A stretch of DNA of 64,000 nt from an uncultured Dehalococcoidia bacterium (GCA_950072105.1 CATMOE010000002.1:32001-96000); one strand, 5' to 3'; shown: positions 18,978-28,964, numbered from the stretch's first letter. Program-made: numbers and translations. The notes: generated from the sequence alone by a model not told the origin.

Positions 18978-20435
18978 CTAACACTGTGGAATGCAGAAAT
19001 CAGATGCTAATCCATCAGTGCCCAAATCGGTCCTTATACCGATGGGACCATTTGTGGCTCCGGCCGGCACCTCGACCAAAAGTAGTTCTTTGCTGGCTGT
19101 GACGATTTCAGCAGGGCTCCCGTTAAAGGTGACAGATGCGATTCCCGAGAATCCCAAGAGATTTCGTCCGTGGACTTCCACGCGTTGTCCAACTGGTCCT
19201 TCAACTGGGCTGACATCTAAGACCTCGGGGACGGTCACTCTGGTGAGTGCCGTACGTCGTACATTCACCATGTTGGAGTTAATGTCGTAGCTATAATTGA
19301 AGCGTAATCCCCCAGTTATTTGCTCTTGCTCATCCCTATGTGTGATGTCTCTGATGTTTATGAGTGGCCTCACAGGCTCTAATTCATCTGGGTTAGGCGG
19401 CTCTGGGGGGCGAGGCGGTTCGGTATCTGGCCAATGCCAATCCCAAGAGGATGTCTTGGTCCCATCCTCATCGTGGGTGATTGAGTCGTGAATCTTCCCG
19501 TATGTCGTCCACCAACCATTGGTTTCTTTTCCGTCAGGAAATAATATGTCATGAGTTTTGTGAAATTTTGAAATCTTACCTTCCTTGTATTCCCACGTCT
19601 TCCACCATTTGTTGTCGGTTTCGTTAGGAGCCCCAATATTAAGCAAGTGTCTTTCATGCAGAGCAGTGACTCTTCATTGATCGTCATATTCCCATTCTTT
19701 CCACCACTTTGCAGGCTTACCGTCTTTACCAAGAGTTCCCTCACCATGAATTGCGGTAATTCGCCCTTTATCGTCATACGTGTAGTTATCCCAACTGCGC
19801 TCAGTAACTTTGTCGCCAAGCAAATGTTCAATGTGCCTACTTTCCAATCTTCCGGCCTCGTCTCTTTTATCTTCAGTTTTCCAAGTCTTCCTAGTCTCGT
19901 CTTGTAACAACATGGTATTTTCATTCGCAACAAGAAATTCGCCGGAAGGAGACCACTGATACGTTTCTATCTCTGTGATCACACCCGTGGGCGATGGCCC
20001 CACGAATTCCCGGGTGCGTTGGGAAGGCCTTCCCGTCTCGTCAAGCTCCAGTGTGTCTAAATAGTTCACACCGGTATCCGCTCCAGTAATGACAGCATAT
20101 CCTGTCGCGAGAACTTCTTCTTCTTTCACAACCTGAATTTGAACGGCGCCTGCCGCCAAAGCTACAACTCGTCCACTTGGACCTACGAAAGCCGTACTAT
20201 CATCCTTGGAAAGCCAAGTTGCACCGGATGGAACATTCGCTCCACTGAGCGTGAAGGAGTCCCCGATCGAAACTATAATAATCCGAGGGGAAATACCTGG
20301 TTCTGCGACGATGGGCTCGGCGACGATGGGCTCGGCGAATACGGGCTCGTCACCTTTATTCTTGCAACCTACAACAATTAGAACGCAAATGGCGAGGGCA
20401 ACAAAAGCCAGGAGAGTCCTTGCTCCATTCATCAC
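18978..20435 (-). pseudogene. Surface lipoprotein (Ig-like Big_2, YD-like repeats, Pro linker, IPT/TIG) interrupted by one in-frame TGA at 19674-19676
   Basis: ORFs 19674..20435 and 18978..19646 are in one frame: WEYDDQ*RVTALHERHLLNIG. Lipobox VVGC; WLSKDDSTAFVGPSGRV; VSPVEGPVGQRVEVHGRN...VPAGATNGPI. Confidence 0.75.
20305..20349. repeat. 15-bp tandem repeat, three units (AEPIV coding)
   Basis: GCGACGATGGGCTCG twice plus GCGAATACGGGCTCG. Confidence 0.8.
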
Positions 20436-20547
20436 ACATTTCTTTTTCAGCAGGTTATTTTATCAAGTTACTCTATAATGTATATTTTCCCCTCAAGTTG
20501 TGTCAAGAGATTAATGCCTTTCGTAAAGAAGGTTTGGAGTTTCCCTC

Positions 20548-20937
20548 TCAGTCACTAATCTTCACCGCCACCAACAACTCCCCCCGGCGAACGTAAGACA
20601 CCGTCACGGTCTCACCGAATAGCTGGTGCTCCCGCAGGTGGGACGGTGAAAATTCCAGAGGCCCCTCGGCAGTAAAGGTCCAGACCGTCCCGTTTTCATC
20701 CCGGATGCCAAGCGTTTCCAATTCAACGATGTTGCGTCCGGAAACTTCCACCACCAAGCCTTCCACTTCTCCGCTGGCCTCGCCCGGTCTGGAAGTTACG
20801 GCGCCGGTATCGTCTCCGGAGCCGCATGCTAATAGCATGAGGAACGTGGCGGCCAACGCCGCTCGGGCCAGTGCACTTTTCAACCAAGCGGCTTTGCCTA
20901 TCTTGACTGGGGAGATTCCAGCGGTCATCGAAACCAA
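20548..20937 (-). CDS. Hypothetical lipoprotein (HLREH motif)
   Basis: Lipobox LLAC, beta-rich domain, follows the ABC permease. Confidence 0.7.
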   Translation of the reverse strand: MVSMTAGISPVKIGKAAWLKSALARAALAATFLMLLACGSGDDTGAVTSRPGEASGEVEGLVVEVSGRNIVELETLGIRDENGTVWTFTAEGPLEFSPSHLREHQLFGETVTVSYVRRGELLVAVKISD

Positions 20938-20943
20938 GCTGCT

Positions 20944-22032
20944 TTAGCTGAAACGGAAGACTTTGGCCGCTACCACCGCGGTTCCGGCCGCCCATCCCGC
21001 TAAGATGGCCAGTTGGGGCCAGGTCTCCCACAGAGGCGCGCCGTCGATGGCCACTTGTCGTAGGGCCGATAACATTGGCGTCAGGGGCAACCCCTCGGCT
21101 AGGTCCGGGAAGATCCAGGGAAAGGTGTCGGTGGAGAAAAATGTACCCGCAAAGAACATCATGGGCAAAACAACCGCGTTGCCCATACCGGATGCCGCCG
21201 CCGGGGTGCGCGCCCAAGCGGAGAGTATGAACCCGATGTTCAGAAACACTAGGCTGCCCAGGGGCACGATGACAAAGAGCCATGCCGGATTTCCATGTAT
21301 CTTGGCGCCGAACACGAACACGCCCACGGAGAGAATGATGGCCGCCTGCACCATTGCCAGCACCAAGTGGGCGGTAATCTCGCTGGCGAAGTATTTCCAG
21401 ATAGGCAGTGGGGTAACCAGCAACCTTTTCAATATGGATTGATTTCGATAGGTACTGATCCGGACCGGGATGGAGATTATCGCGCTAGTCATGATACCCA
21501 GTGCCATCAGGCCCATGAGGACACTATCGAAGTAGGAAACCTCTGGCACCAAGATCTCTATTGAGACCACCGGCAGCGCCTGCTCGGCGGAGAGGTTGGC
21601 GGGTTGCACTTTGGCCACCAGATTTCTTACCACTCCATCCACCAACTGGTTTCTCTGGGCATCTCTGGTGTTATACAAAAAGGTTACCGGGATCGGAACG
21701 ATCGTCGTATCCCGCGGGGAAAGATCGACGAATCCTGGGGGGATTATCACCAGATAATCCAGGTCACCATCGGCCACTCGGCCGCGGGCAGCGGACTCAG
21801 AGATTTGCGCATCTTCCAAACCCAGAAACTCGATCGCTGCCAGTTCGTCGCGCAACAGCTTTGAGGCATCTGTGTCCGCTTGGTCCACCAGAACCAGATT
21901 AGGAGATCCCACACCCTTGATATCCAGAAGTCCGAAGACCACCACCAGCAACAAGGGGAAGAACAATGCCCAGAAAGTCGCCTGGCGATTCCGAGCCATC
22001 ATCTTAAGGTTGGCAAATGTGAACGCCAGCAT
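20944..22032 (-). CDS. ABC-2 type transporter permease
   Basis: FWALFFP first helix, extracytoplasmic domain, ILKRLLVTPL, PMMFFAGTFF. Confidence 0.9.
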   Translation of the reverse strand: MLAFTFANLKMMARNRQATFWALFFPLLLVVVFGLLDIKGVGSPNLVLVDQADTDASKLLRDELAAIEFLGLEDAQISESAARGRVADGDLDYLVIIPPGFVDLSPRDTTIVPIPVTFLYNTRDAQRNQLVDGVVRNLVAKVQPANLSAEQALPVVSIEILVPEVSYFDSVLMGLMALGIMTSAIISIPVRISTYRNQSILKRLLVTPLPIWKYFASEITAHLVLAMVQAAIILSVGVFVFGAKIHGNPAWLFVIVPLGSLVFLNIGFILSAWARTPAAASGMGNAVVLPMMFFAGTFFSTDTFPWIFPDLAEGLPLTPMLSALRQVAIDGAPLWETWPQLAILAGWAAGTAVVAAKVFRFS

Positions 22033-22034
22033 CG

Positions 22035-22958
22035 TTAGTCCTGCAACTCGTTGCCGGTCAGTTCAAGGAAGACATCCTCCAGAGTGACGGGGGCTATTTC
22101 CAGCCGCTCTAGGTTGATGTCGCTGCGCACCATCTCGTCCAGTACTTTGCCGAGAGATGAAGGGCCGCCCTTCAGACGCAGCAGATAAGCGTTGCCGTCT
22201 AACTCCTGAACAAACTCCACGGTGCCGTTCAGGGATGCCATTTGTCCCTCGGTCAGCGGATGGTCCAAGGCTAGCTTTACGGTGTAAGCGGCTTTTAGAC
22301 GGCTGATCAGGTTCCTAGGCGTGTCCACCGCCAGCAGGCAGCCCCGGTCCATGATGGCAAGCCTATCGCACAGATCTTCAGCCTCTTCCATGTAGTGGGT
22401 AGTTAGAACAACTGTAACGCCCCGCTGGTGTATCTCCCGGATGAGTGCCCAGATATTACGGCGGGCTTGTGGGTCAAGACCAGTGGTGGGTTCGTCCAGG
22501 ATTATCAATTCCGGGTCGTTGATCAGGCCGGCGGCCACGGTGAATCGTTGCACTTGGCCGCCGGAGAGATGTTTGACGTAGCTGCCCGCCTTGTCGAGGA
22601 GACCTACCTGTTCCAGCAGGGTTTGAGGCGGTATGCGTTTAGGATAAAAAGTCCCAAGGAGGGAGAGGATCTCTTGGAGGGAAAGGTAGTCGAAGTAGGC
22701 TGAAGACTGGAGTTGGACGCCGATCCTTGCTTTGACTTCGTTGCGGTGGCGGGAAATATCCAGGTCCAAGACGGTGACCCGGCCCTCAGTAGGCGCTTGG
22801 AGACCTTCGATAATCTCAAGGATCGTGGTTTTGCCCGCGCCGTTCGGCCCTAAAATGCCGAAAATCTCGCCCCGATTCACAGTAAAAGAAACCTGGTCAA
22901 CTGCTGTGAAGGAACCGTAACGCTTGACCAGGCCCTCTACCCGAATCGCAGTATCCAT
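22035..22958 (-). CDS. ABC transporter ATP-binding protein (DrrA-like)
   Basis: GPNGAGKTT, LSGGQ, ILDEPTTGLDP, TTHYMEEA. Confidence 0.95.
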   Translation of the reverse strand: MDTAIRVEGLVKRYGSFTAVDQVSFTVNRGEIFGILGPNGAGKTTILEIIEGLQAPTEGRVTVLDLDISRHRNEVKARIGVQLQSSAYFDYLSLQEILSLLGTFYPKRIPPQTLLEQVGLLDKAGSYVKHLSGGQVQRFTVAAGLINDPELIILDEPTTGLDPQARRNIWALIREIHQRGVTVVLTTHYMEEAEDLCDRLAIMDRGCLLAVDTPRNLISRLKAAYTVKLALDHPLTEGQMASLNGTVEFVQELDGNAYLLRLKGGPSSLGKVLDEMVRSDINLERLEIAPVTLEDVFLELTGNELQD

Positions 22959-23181
22959 GATAACATCGTGAATTATATCACACGCTCACTTTGCGCCTGG
23001 CCGCTGAGGTTTCACGGGCATTCCCGCCCTTAATGTCCGACTCGGCTCCAAGTAGTCCTCGGCCTCCCGGACGAACAGATCGGCGCTCTCGGCTAGCATC
23101 AGCATTACGGTCCAAATGTTCAAGAACTCACGTAGGCCGGTCGACTTGTCATGAAACTATGTTAGATTGCCAGGCTGTTTT

Positions 23182-24150
23182 ATGGCAATAGGACAGGCAT
23201 CTGATACGCCGCCCGAGACCGGCAGAACGGGCTCCCGGTTTCGCCGCCTAACACTGGTCACCGTTTTGGCCGGATTTGCCTTGATTGTTCTGGGCGGTGT
23301 GGTTCGGGTTACCGAATCTGGATTGGGCTGCCCTGACTGGCCCCTCTGCCAAGGCCGGTTGATCCCTCCTCTCGAGACGTCAGCCATCATCGAATATTCC
23401 CACCGATTGGTCGCCTCCGCCGTGTTAGGCCCCTTGATCGTAGCTACCTGCGCCGTGACCTGGATCTCCTACCGGCGAGACCGCTGGCTGGTGGCCCCGG
23501 CCACGGTCGGACTGATTCTGATGTTGGCACAAGCATTGCTGGGTGGAGCAACGGTATTGACCGGCCTTCCCGGATGGATCGTCGCCGCCCACCTGGCCTT
23601 GGGTGAGGCGCTGCTGGCTTGCCTCATCCTGGTAGCCGTGGTGGCCTATTTCGGGCCCCCAGTGCTTCCTCGAAGCCTGCATGATACGGACGGCGGCCTG
23701 CGTTTCCCGATCCTGGCGTTGGTCTCAGGACTCGGGATATATCTGATCGTCATTTCTGGGTCGATAGTCACCAATTCCGGGGCGACGGGCGCGTGCTCAA
23801 ACTGGCCGCTCTGTCAATTCCAATTGCTACCCGGCGGTGGTCTGCCTTTGATCCACATGTCCCATCGAGTGGTCACTGTGATCATCGGGGTTATTTTCCT
23901 ATATACTTTGTATGTAGCCTACCAGCAGCATTTCAAGACTCCCCAGCTACGGTGGCCGTCCTTGATCGCCGCGGTTTTATTCGCTGCCCAGGTAGTTGTG
24001 GGAGCCGCAACTGTATTAATGAATTTCCCGCCGGAATTAAGAGCTTTGCATCTATCGTTAGCTACATTGATTTGGGGAACCGTGGCCGCCTTGGCCATTT
24101 TGAGTTTGATCGTGTCCGGTGAAGATCTCCCGGAAGCATCCAATGCTTGA
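23182..24150 (+). CDS. ctaA: Heme A synthase (COX15/CtaA)
   Basis: GGVVRVTESGLGCPDWPLC, EYSHR, AAHL, CSNWPLC, HMSHR, ALHL. Confidence 0.93.
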   Translation: MAIGQASDTPPETGRTGSRFRRLTLVTVLAGFALIVLGGVVRVTESGLGCPDWPLCQGRLIPPLETSAIIEYSHRLVASAVLGPLIVATCAVTWISYRRDRWLVAPATVGLILMLAQALLGGATVLTGLPGWIVAAHLALGEALLACLILVAVVAYFGPPVLPRSLHDTDGGLRFPILALVSGLGIYLIVISGSIVTNSGATGACSNWPLCQFQLLPGGGLPLIHMSHRVVTVIIGVIFLYTLYVAYQQHFKTPQLRWPSLIAAVLFAAQVVVGAATVLMNFPPELRALHLSLATLIWGTVAALAILSLIVSGEDLPEASNA

Positions 24151-25072
24151 CCGGCCAACTCTAACAGGGTCGGAACCGGACGCCGGACTGAGCCGTCTGC
24201 AAAGTCTGGTGCAGTCGTTCAACGATTATCTGGCGATGACGAAGCCCCCCATCGTGGTCCTGCTTCTGTTCACCGCCATCGGCGGTATGTTTTTGGCGGC
24301 GCAAGCCGTTCCACCTTGGCACATCGCTCTGCTCGTGTGCCTGGGCGGAGCTTTGGGGGCCGGTGGGGCGAACGCGCTGAACCACTACCTCGACCAGGAC
24401 ATCGACGAGAAGATGTCCCGCACGGCCCAGCGGCCCTTGCCGGGGAACCGGATCGCTCCCCGTAACGCGCTGATCTTCGGCATAGTTTTGAACGTCGCGG
24501 CGTTCTTGATCTTGGGCGCTTGGGTCAACTTGCTAGCCGCCTTTCTTACCCTGGCCGCGACCCTGTTCTACGTGTTCGTTTATACCATGTGGCTGAAACG
24601 AACGACACCTCAGAATATAGTCATCGGAGGGGCCGCGGGAGCGATTCCTCCGATGGTTGGGTGGGTGGCGATCACCGGCAGCCTGGACCTGCCGGCCCTG
24701 TATATGTTCACCATCATATTTTTCTGGACGCCGCCCCATTTCTGGGCATTGGCGTTGCTGATCAAGGACGACTATGCGGAGGCGGGGATCCCCATGCTGC
24801 CCGTGGTTTCGACTTCGGAGCACACGGCACTCCATATCTTCCTGTACTCTCTGGTGCTGGTGGCCCTAAGCCTAGTTTTTGCCGCCACTTCCGCCGTTGG
24901 TTTGATTTATCTGGGCACGGCGACAGCGTTGGGAATAATCTTTGTCGCCATGGCTTGGCGCTTGCTTCGGGAGAGCACCAGACGCCGGGCCAAACCCCTA
25001 TACCTGTACTCCCTACTCTACCTGGCGCTGCTCTTCGTTGCGATGATGGTCGATAGTACAGTACGCATATGA
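24143..25072 (+). CDS. ctaB: Protoheme IX farnesyltransferase (heme O synthase)
   Basis: TKP, N..LDQDIDEKMSRTAQRPLP, YTMWLKR, WTPPHFWAL, DY..AGIPMLP. Confidence 0.95.
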   Translation: MLDRPTLTGSEPDAGLSRLQSLVQSFNDYLAMTKPPIVVLLLFTAIGGMFLAAQAVPPWHIALLVCLGGALGAGGANALNHYLDQDIDEKMSRTAQRPLPGNRIAPRNALIFGIVLNVAAFLILGAWVNLLAAFLTLAATLFYVFVYTMWLKRTTPQNIVIGGAAGAIPPMVGWVAITGSLDLPALYMFTIIFFWTPPHFWALALLIKDDYAEAGIPMLPVVSTSEHTALHIFLYSLVLVALSLVFAATSAVGLIYLGTATALGIIFVAMAWRLLRESTRRRAKPLYLYSLLYLALLFVAMMVDSTVRI

Positions 25073-25149
25073 TGAAACCTGTTCCTTACAACAAGTAAAT
25101 GACGATTGACGGTAACAAGGATAGTGGCATCCACCTGTATTCAGGTGCG

Positions 25150-25177
25150 TTGACAGCCTTAATAAGGCTGTGATAAT
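25150..25177 (+). promoter_or_regulatory. Sigma70-type promoter of the oxidase operon, with overlapping palindrome
   Basis: TTGACA-16nt-GATAAT with extended TG; perfect palindrome ACAGCCTTA-A-TAAGGCTGT at 25153-25171. Confidence 0.6.
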
Positions 25178-25213
25178 GTCCCAATCGGATAGTGAAAAAA
25201 AGCACAGACCCTA

Positions 25214-26389
25214 GTGTTTGAGGTCAGGGATAGCTTGAAGCCACAGGTCGGACCACTCACACGGTTCAGCAGCCGAATCAGGAGCGGCGGACACTATTAC
25301 CGGCGTTTCGCCAAGTTTGCGATTCTCGCCGGGGTGTTGCTACTTCTTCTGGCTTGTTCCACAGGCAAGCAGTCCACCTGGGACCCGGTAGGGCCCGTAG
25401 CTGAAAGACAGTTGCTCCTGTTCAACGTCCTGCTCTGGGTGATGGTGGCGGTGTTCATCATCGTCGAAGGGGTGCTGGTCTACGCGGCGATCCGTTACCG
25501 CCGCCGCCCCGGACAGGAATTACCCAACCAGACCCACGGTAACATGACCTTGGAAATCACCTGGACCATTATTCCCACCATCTTGATCATGGCCCTGGGG
25601 ATCTGGTCGGTGATCACGATCTACGAATTTGATGAACCACCGGCTTCCGCAGACATTTTGCACGTGAACGTCACGGGCCACCAATGGTGGTTTGAGTTCG
25701 AGTACGAAGATGCCGGTGGCGGCAAGCGGATCGTCACCGCCAACGAGCTCAGAGTGCCGGTGGATCGAGCCGTCAGGCTGACCCTGGAAAGCGACGATGT
25801 GCTCCACAGTTTCTGGATCCCAAAGCTGGCGGGAAAAATAGACGTTGTTCCCACCAGGACTAACCACCTGTGGTTCCAAGCCGATTCCGACAAGATCGAC
25901 TCTTTACCCGCAACATTCTATGGGCAATGTGCCGAGTTCTGCGGCATCGCCCACGCCTTGATGAAATTCCGGGTACGTGTCTTGAGCCAGGAGGGTTATG
26001 ACGCATGGGTGCGGAACTATGGCCCGCCGCCCGCTAACACCGAGCAGGCCAAGCAGGGCCAGCGAGTGTTCGGCAACTGCGTAATGTGTCATTCCATCGA
26101 CGGTGAAAACGACTCCCAGGCTCAAGCCAGCCGGAAACAGGCCTTCCTATCCGGCGGCGCGTTGGTCCCGGCGCCAAACCTAACAGACCTGCGCACCAGG
26201 GAGAGTCTCGCAGCGGGCTTGTTGGACCTGAACAAGGAAACCCTGAAACGCTGGGTAAGAAACCCGGAGGACGTGAAGCCGGGCAACTATATGAAATCCC
26301 GGGCTGCTCACCTATATGGGACCGGAGAACTAAGTCTCAGCGACAGCGACTTGGATGCCGTCGTTGCTTACCTTTTGAACTTACAGTAG
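25214..26389 (+). CDS. ctaC: Cytochrome c oxidase subunit II with fused cytochrome c (caa3 type)
   Basis: Lipobox LLAC, LEITWT, HQWWF, DVLHSFWIP, CuA motif CAEFCGIAHALM, CVMCH heme motif. Exact start uncertain. Confidence 0.95.
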   Translation: MFEVRDSLKPQVGPLTRFSSRIRSGGHYYRRFAKFAILAGVLLLLLACSTGKQSTWDPVGPVAERQLLLFNVLLWVMVAVFIIVEGVLVYAAIRYRRRPGQELPNQTHGNMTLEITWTIIPTILIMALGIWSVITIYEFDEPPASADILHVNVTGHQWWFEFEYEDAGGGKRIVTANELRVPVDRAVRLTLESDDVLHSFWIPKLAGKIDVVPTRTNHLWFQADSDKIDSLPATFYGQCAEFCGIAHALMKFRVRVLSQEGYDAWVRNYGPPPANTEQAKQGQRVFGNCVMCHSIDGENDSQAQASRKQAFLSGGALVPAPNLTDLRTRESLAAGLLDLNKETLKRWVRNPEDVKPGNYMKSRAAHLYGTGELSLSDSDLDAVVAYLLNLQ

Positions 26390-26484
26390 ACTAATCGAGA
26401 TACACACCTAGAGAAGATTTTAGCTTCCAGCAGACGTTTCCCTGGGAACGGGAAAGCGGGTAACAGAAACGTCGGAGACGGACC

Positions 26485-28326
26485 ATGGCAACCATTACAG
26501 GAGTCCTTGCGCGGCCTACCGGTTACGCCGGAATATGGGGTTGGATCACCACCGTTGACCACAAGCGCATCGGGGTGCTTTACGGTGTAACCGCTTTCAT
26601 CATGCTTTTGATCGCCGGCTCCGAGGCCGGCATCATGCGCGCCCAACTGGCCCAGCCTGACAACACCTTGGTAGGGCCGGAAACCTTCAACCGGCTGTTC
26701 ACCATGCACGCCACCGCCATGGTGTTCATGGTAATCATGCCCTTGAGCGCTAGTTTCTTCAATTTTGTCGTGCCCCTGGCCATCGGCGCCCGAGACGTAG
26801 CGTTCCCACGGCTAAACGCTTTCAGTTATTGGGTCTTCCTTTTCGGCACCCTCCTGATGCACGTCAGTTTCCTGGTAGGCCAGGTCCCTAACGCCGGTTG
26901 GTTCTCCTACGCCAACCTGACCGGCACTTCCTACAGCCCCAACGCCGGCCTGGATTTCTGGGCCCTGGGTTTGCTGATATTGGGAATATCTTCGGTGGCT
27001 GCCGCCCTGAACTTCCTGGTGACCATCGTCAACATGCGGTGCCCGGGCATGACCATGATGCGAATGCCCGTTTTCATTTGGATGACCCTGATCACCTCAA
27101 TCCTGCTGGTGCTGGCCTTCCCGGTCATTACCGTGGGATTGGTCGAACTGGTGATGGACCGGAACTTCGGGACTCACTTCTTCGACACCGCCGGTGGTGG
27201 GGACCCCATCTTGTGGCAGCACCTGTTTTGGGTGTTCGGCCATCCGGAAGTTTACATCCTGATTCTGCCTCCTATGGGAGTGGTTTCAGAGATTCTGCCC
27301 ACCTTCTCCAGGAAGCCTCTGTTTGGCTATCCCGTCGTGGTATTCTCCGGCATCGTCATCGGATTCATGAGCTGGGCGGTGTGGAGTCACCACATGTTCA
27401 CCACGGGCATGGGTCCCACGGCTCTAACGGTGTTTACCATCACCACCATGCTGATCGCTGTCCCCACCGGGGTGAAGATATTCAACTGGATCGGCACACT
27501 TTGGGGAGGATCGGTCGATCTAAAAACCCCCATGTTGTTCGCCCTCGGTTTTATCTCTTTGTTCATAATCGGCGGTTTGAGCGGCGTATCCCACGCGGTC
27601 GCGCCATCAGATTTCCAGCAGCAAGACACCTATTACATCGTGGCCCACATTCACTACGTGCTGTTTGGGGGCTCTATATTCGGGATATTAGCGGGAATTT
27701 ACTACTGGTTCCCTAAGTTGACCGGCCGCATGCTGGGAGAGGGCTTGGGTAAATGGAACTTCTGGGTCACTTTCGTCGGCATGAATCTTACATTTTTCCC
27801 AATGCACTTCGTCGGATTGAATGGTATGCCCCGGCGAATCTACACCTACGGTGAAGAATTCGGTTGGGGATTGCTGAACATGCTGTCCTCACTAGGGTAT
27901 GTAGTCCTCTTCATTGGGATGCTGCTCTTCGTCATCAACCTGCTTAATTCCCTGCGCAACGGGCGCGCCGCCGGCCACGATCCCTGGGACGCTCCCACGC
28001 TGGAATGGAGCATCTCTTCACCGCCACCGGTTTATAACTTTGCCGAGATCCCCCGGGTTGAAGGGCGAGACCCCTACTGGACGACCAAGCGGCGGGCCGA
28101 AGCGGAAGGTCAGCCGCTCACCGCAGGCGAAGCGCACGTTGACCCGGATACCATCCATATGCCCAGTCCGTCCTACTGGCCGGTGATCATCGCCGCCGGG
28201 ATAACCCTGATCGCCGCAGGTCTACTAACCCATTACGCAGTTAGCTTCGTGGGCGGAATAATCGCCTTCTTGGGTACGATCGGCTGGAGCAACGAACCGG
28301 CCTCGGCGCCTCAGTCACATCATTAG
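26485..28326 (+). CDS. ctaD: Cytochrome c oxidase subunit I (A1 type)
   Basis: TVDHKRIG, TMHAT, FGHPEVY, VWSHHM, VAHIHYV, GMPRR. Confidence 0.97.
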   Translation: MATITGVLARPTGYAGIWGWITTVDHKRIGVLYGVTAFIMLLIAGSEAGIMRAQLAQPDNTLVGPETFNRLFTMHATAMVFMVIMPLSASFFNFVVPLAIGARDVAFPRLNAFSYWVFLFGTLLMHVSFLVGQVPNAGWFSYANLTGTSYSPNAGLDFWALGLLILGISSVAAALNFLVTIVNMRCPGMTMMRMPVFIWMTLITSILLVLAFPVITVGLVELVMDRNFGTHFFDTAGGGDPILWQHLFWVFGHPEVYILILPPMGVVSEILPTFSRKPLFGYPVVVFSGIVIGFMSWAVWSHHMFTTGMGPTALTVFTITTMLIAVPTGVKIFNWIGTLWGGSVDLKTPMLFALGFISLFIIGGLSGVSHAVAPSDFQQQDTYYIVAHIHYVLFGGSIFGILAGIYYWFPKLTGRMLGEGLGKWNFWVTFVGMNLTFFPMHFVGLNGMPRRIYTYGEEFGWGLLNMLSSLGYVVLFIGMLLFVINLLNSLRNGRAAGHDPWDAPTLEWSISSPPPVYNFAEIPRVEGRDPYWTTKRRAEAEGQPLTAGEAHVDPDTIHMPSPSYWPVIIAAGITLIAAGLLTHYAVSFVGGIIAFLGTIGWSNEPASAPQSHH

Positions 28327-28337
28327 GAGAGCTAGAT

Positions 28338-28964
28338 TTGGCCCACGCGGCAGAACACGCGGTTGAAGAGACGACTACCGGTCTAAACCACCGGAAGATG
28401 CTCATGTGGATCTTCCTGGGTTCGGACTGCATGTTCTTCGCCGCTTTGATCGCTACCTACATGGTCTACCGGGGCCAGAGCCTCAACGGCCCTTACCCCA
28501 ACGACATAATCAGTGTCCCCATAACCACGATCAGCACCTTCGTATTGTTGTGCAGCAGCTTTGCCATGGTCCAGGCTTTGTCCGCCACCAATCGGAACGA
28601 CCAAAAATGGATCCGCATCTGGTTGCTGGCCACCGCGTTCTTGGGGGCGATATTCATCGGATTCCAGATCTTTGAGTTCAACTCGTTCAAGAACGAAGGC
28701 CTGACTCTTGGCGCCAACCTATTCGGAGCCACCTTCTTCACCCTAACCGGGTTCCACGGGGCTCACGTAACCATCGGAATCATCTGGTTATTGGGAATGT
28801 TCGTGGTGGCGATGAAAGGCCGCCTCGGCCCGGCCAGCAGCCTAGACGTGGAAATCCTGGGGCTGTATTGGCACTTTGTAGACATAGTGTGGATCATAAT
28901 TTTCACCCTGCTGTACTTGATCGCCGGGTTTGACACCGGGCCTGCGCCCTTAGCCGGGGGTTAG
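28338..28964 (+). CDS. ctaE: Cytochrome c oxidase subunit III
   Basis: WIFLGSD.MFF, FFTLTGFHGAHV, GLYWHFVDIVW. Confidence 0.95.
   Translation: MAHAAEHAVEETTTGLNHRKMLMWIFLGSDCMFFAALIATYMVYRGQSLNGPYPNDIISVPITTISTFVLLCSSFAMVQALSATNRNDQKWIRIWLLATAFLGAIFIGFQIFEFNSFKNEGLTLGANLFGATFFTLTGFHGAHVTIGIIWLLGMFVVAMKGRLGPASSLDVEILGLYWHFVDIVWIIIFTLLYLIAGFDTGPAPLAGG

Larger units (their letters stand above)
18771..20527. mobile_element. AT-richer inserted island flanked by a 10-bp direct repeat (CTTTCGTAAA); no transposase
   Basis: Identical 10-mers at 18771-18780 and 20518-20527; composition and codon usage visibly shift inside; rejoined flanks reform a hairpin. Confidence 0.6.

Noticed and set aside
18905..18985. 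Integron attC-like site (GCCCAAC...) in the island
   Set aside because: No matching GTTRRRY partner or L boxes in the right orientation, and no integrase in the window.
19674..19676. Selenocysteine at the TGA in the YD-repeat gene
   Set aside because: The internal repeat predicts Gly rather than Cys, and there is no redox motif.
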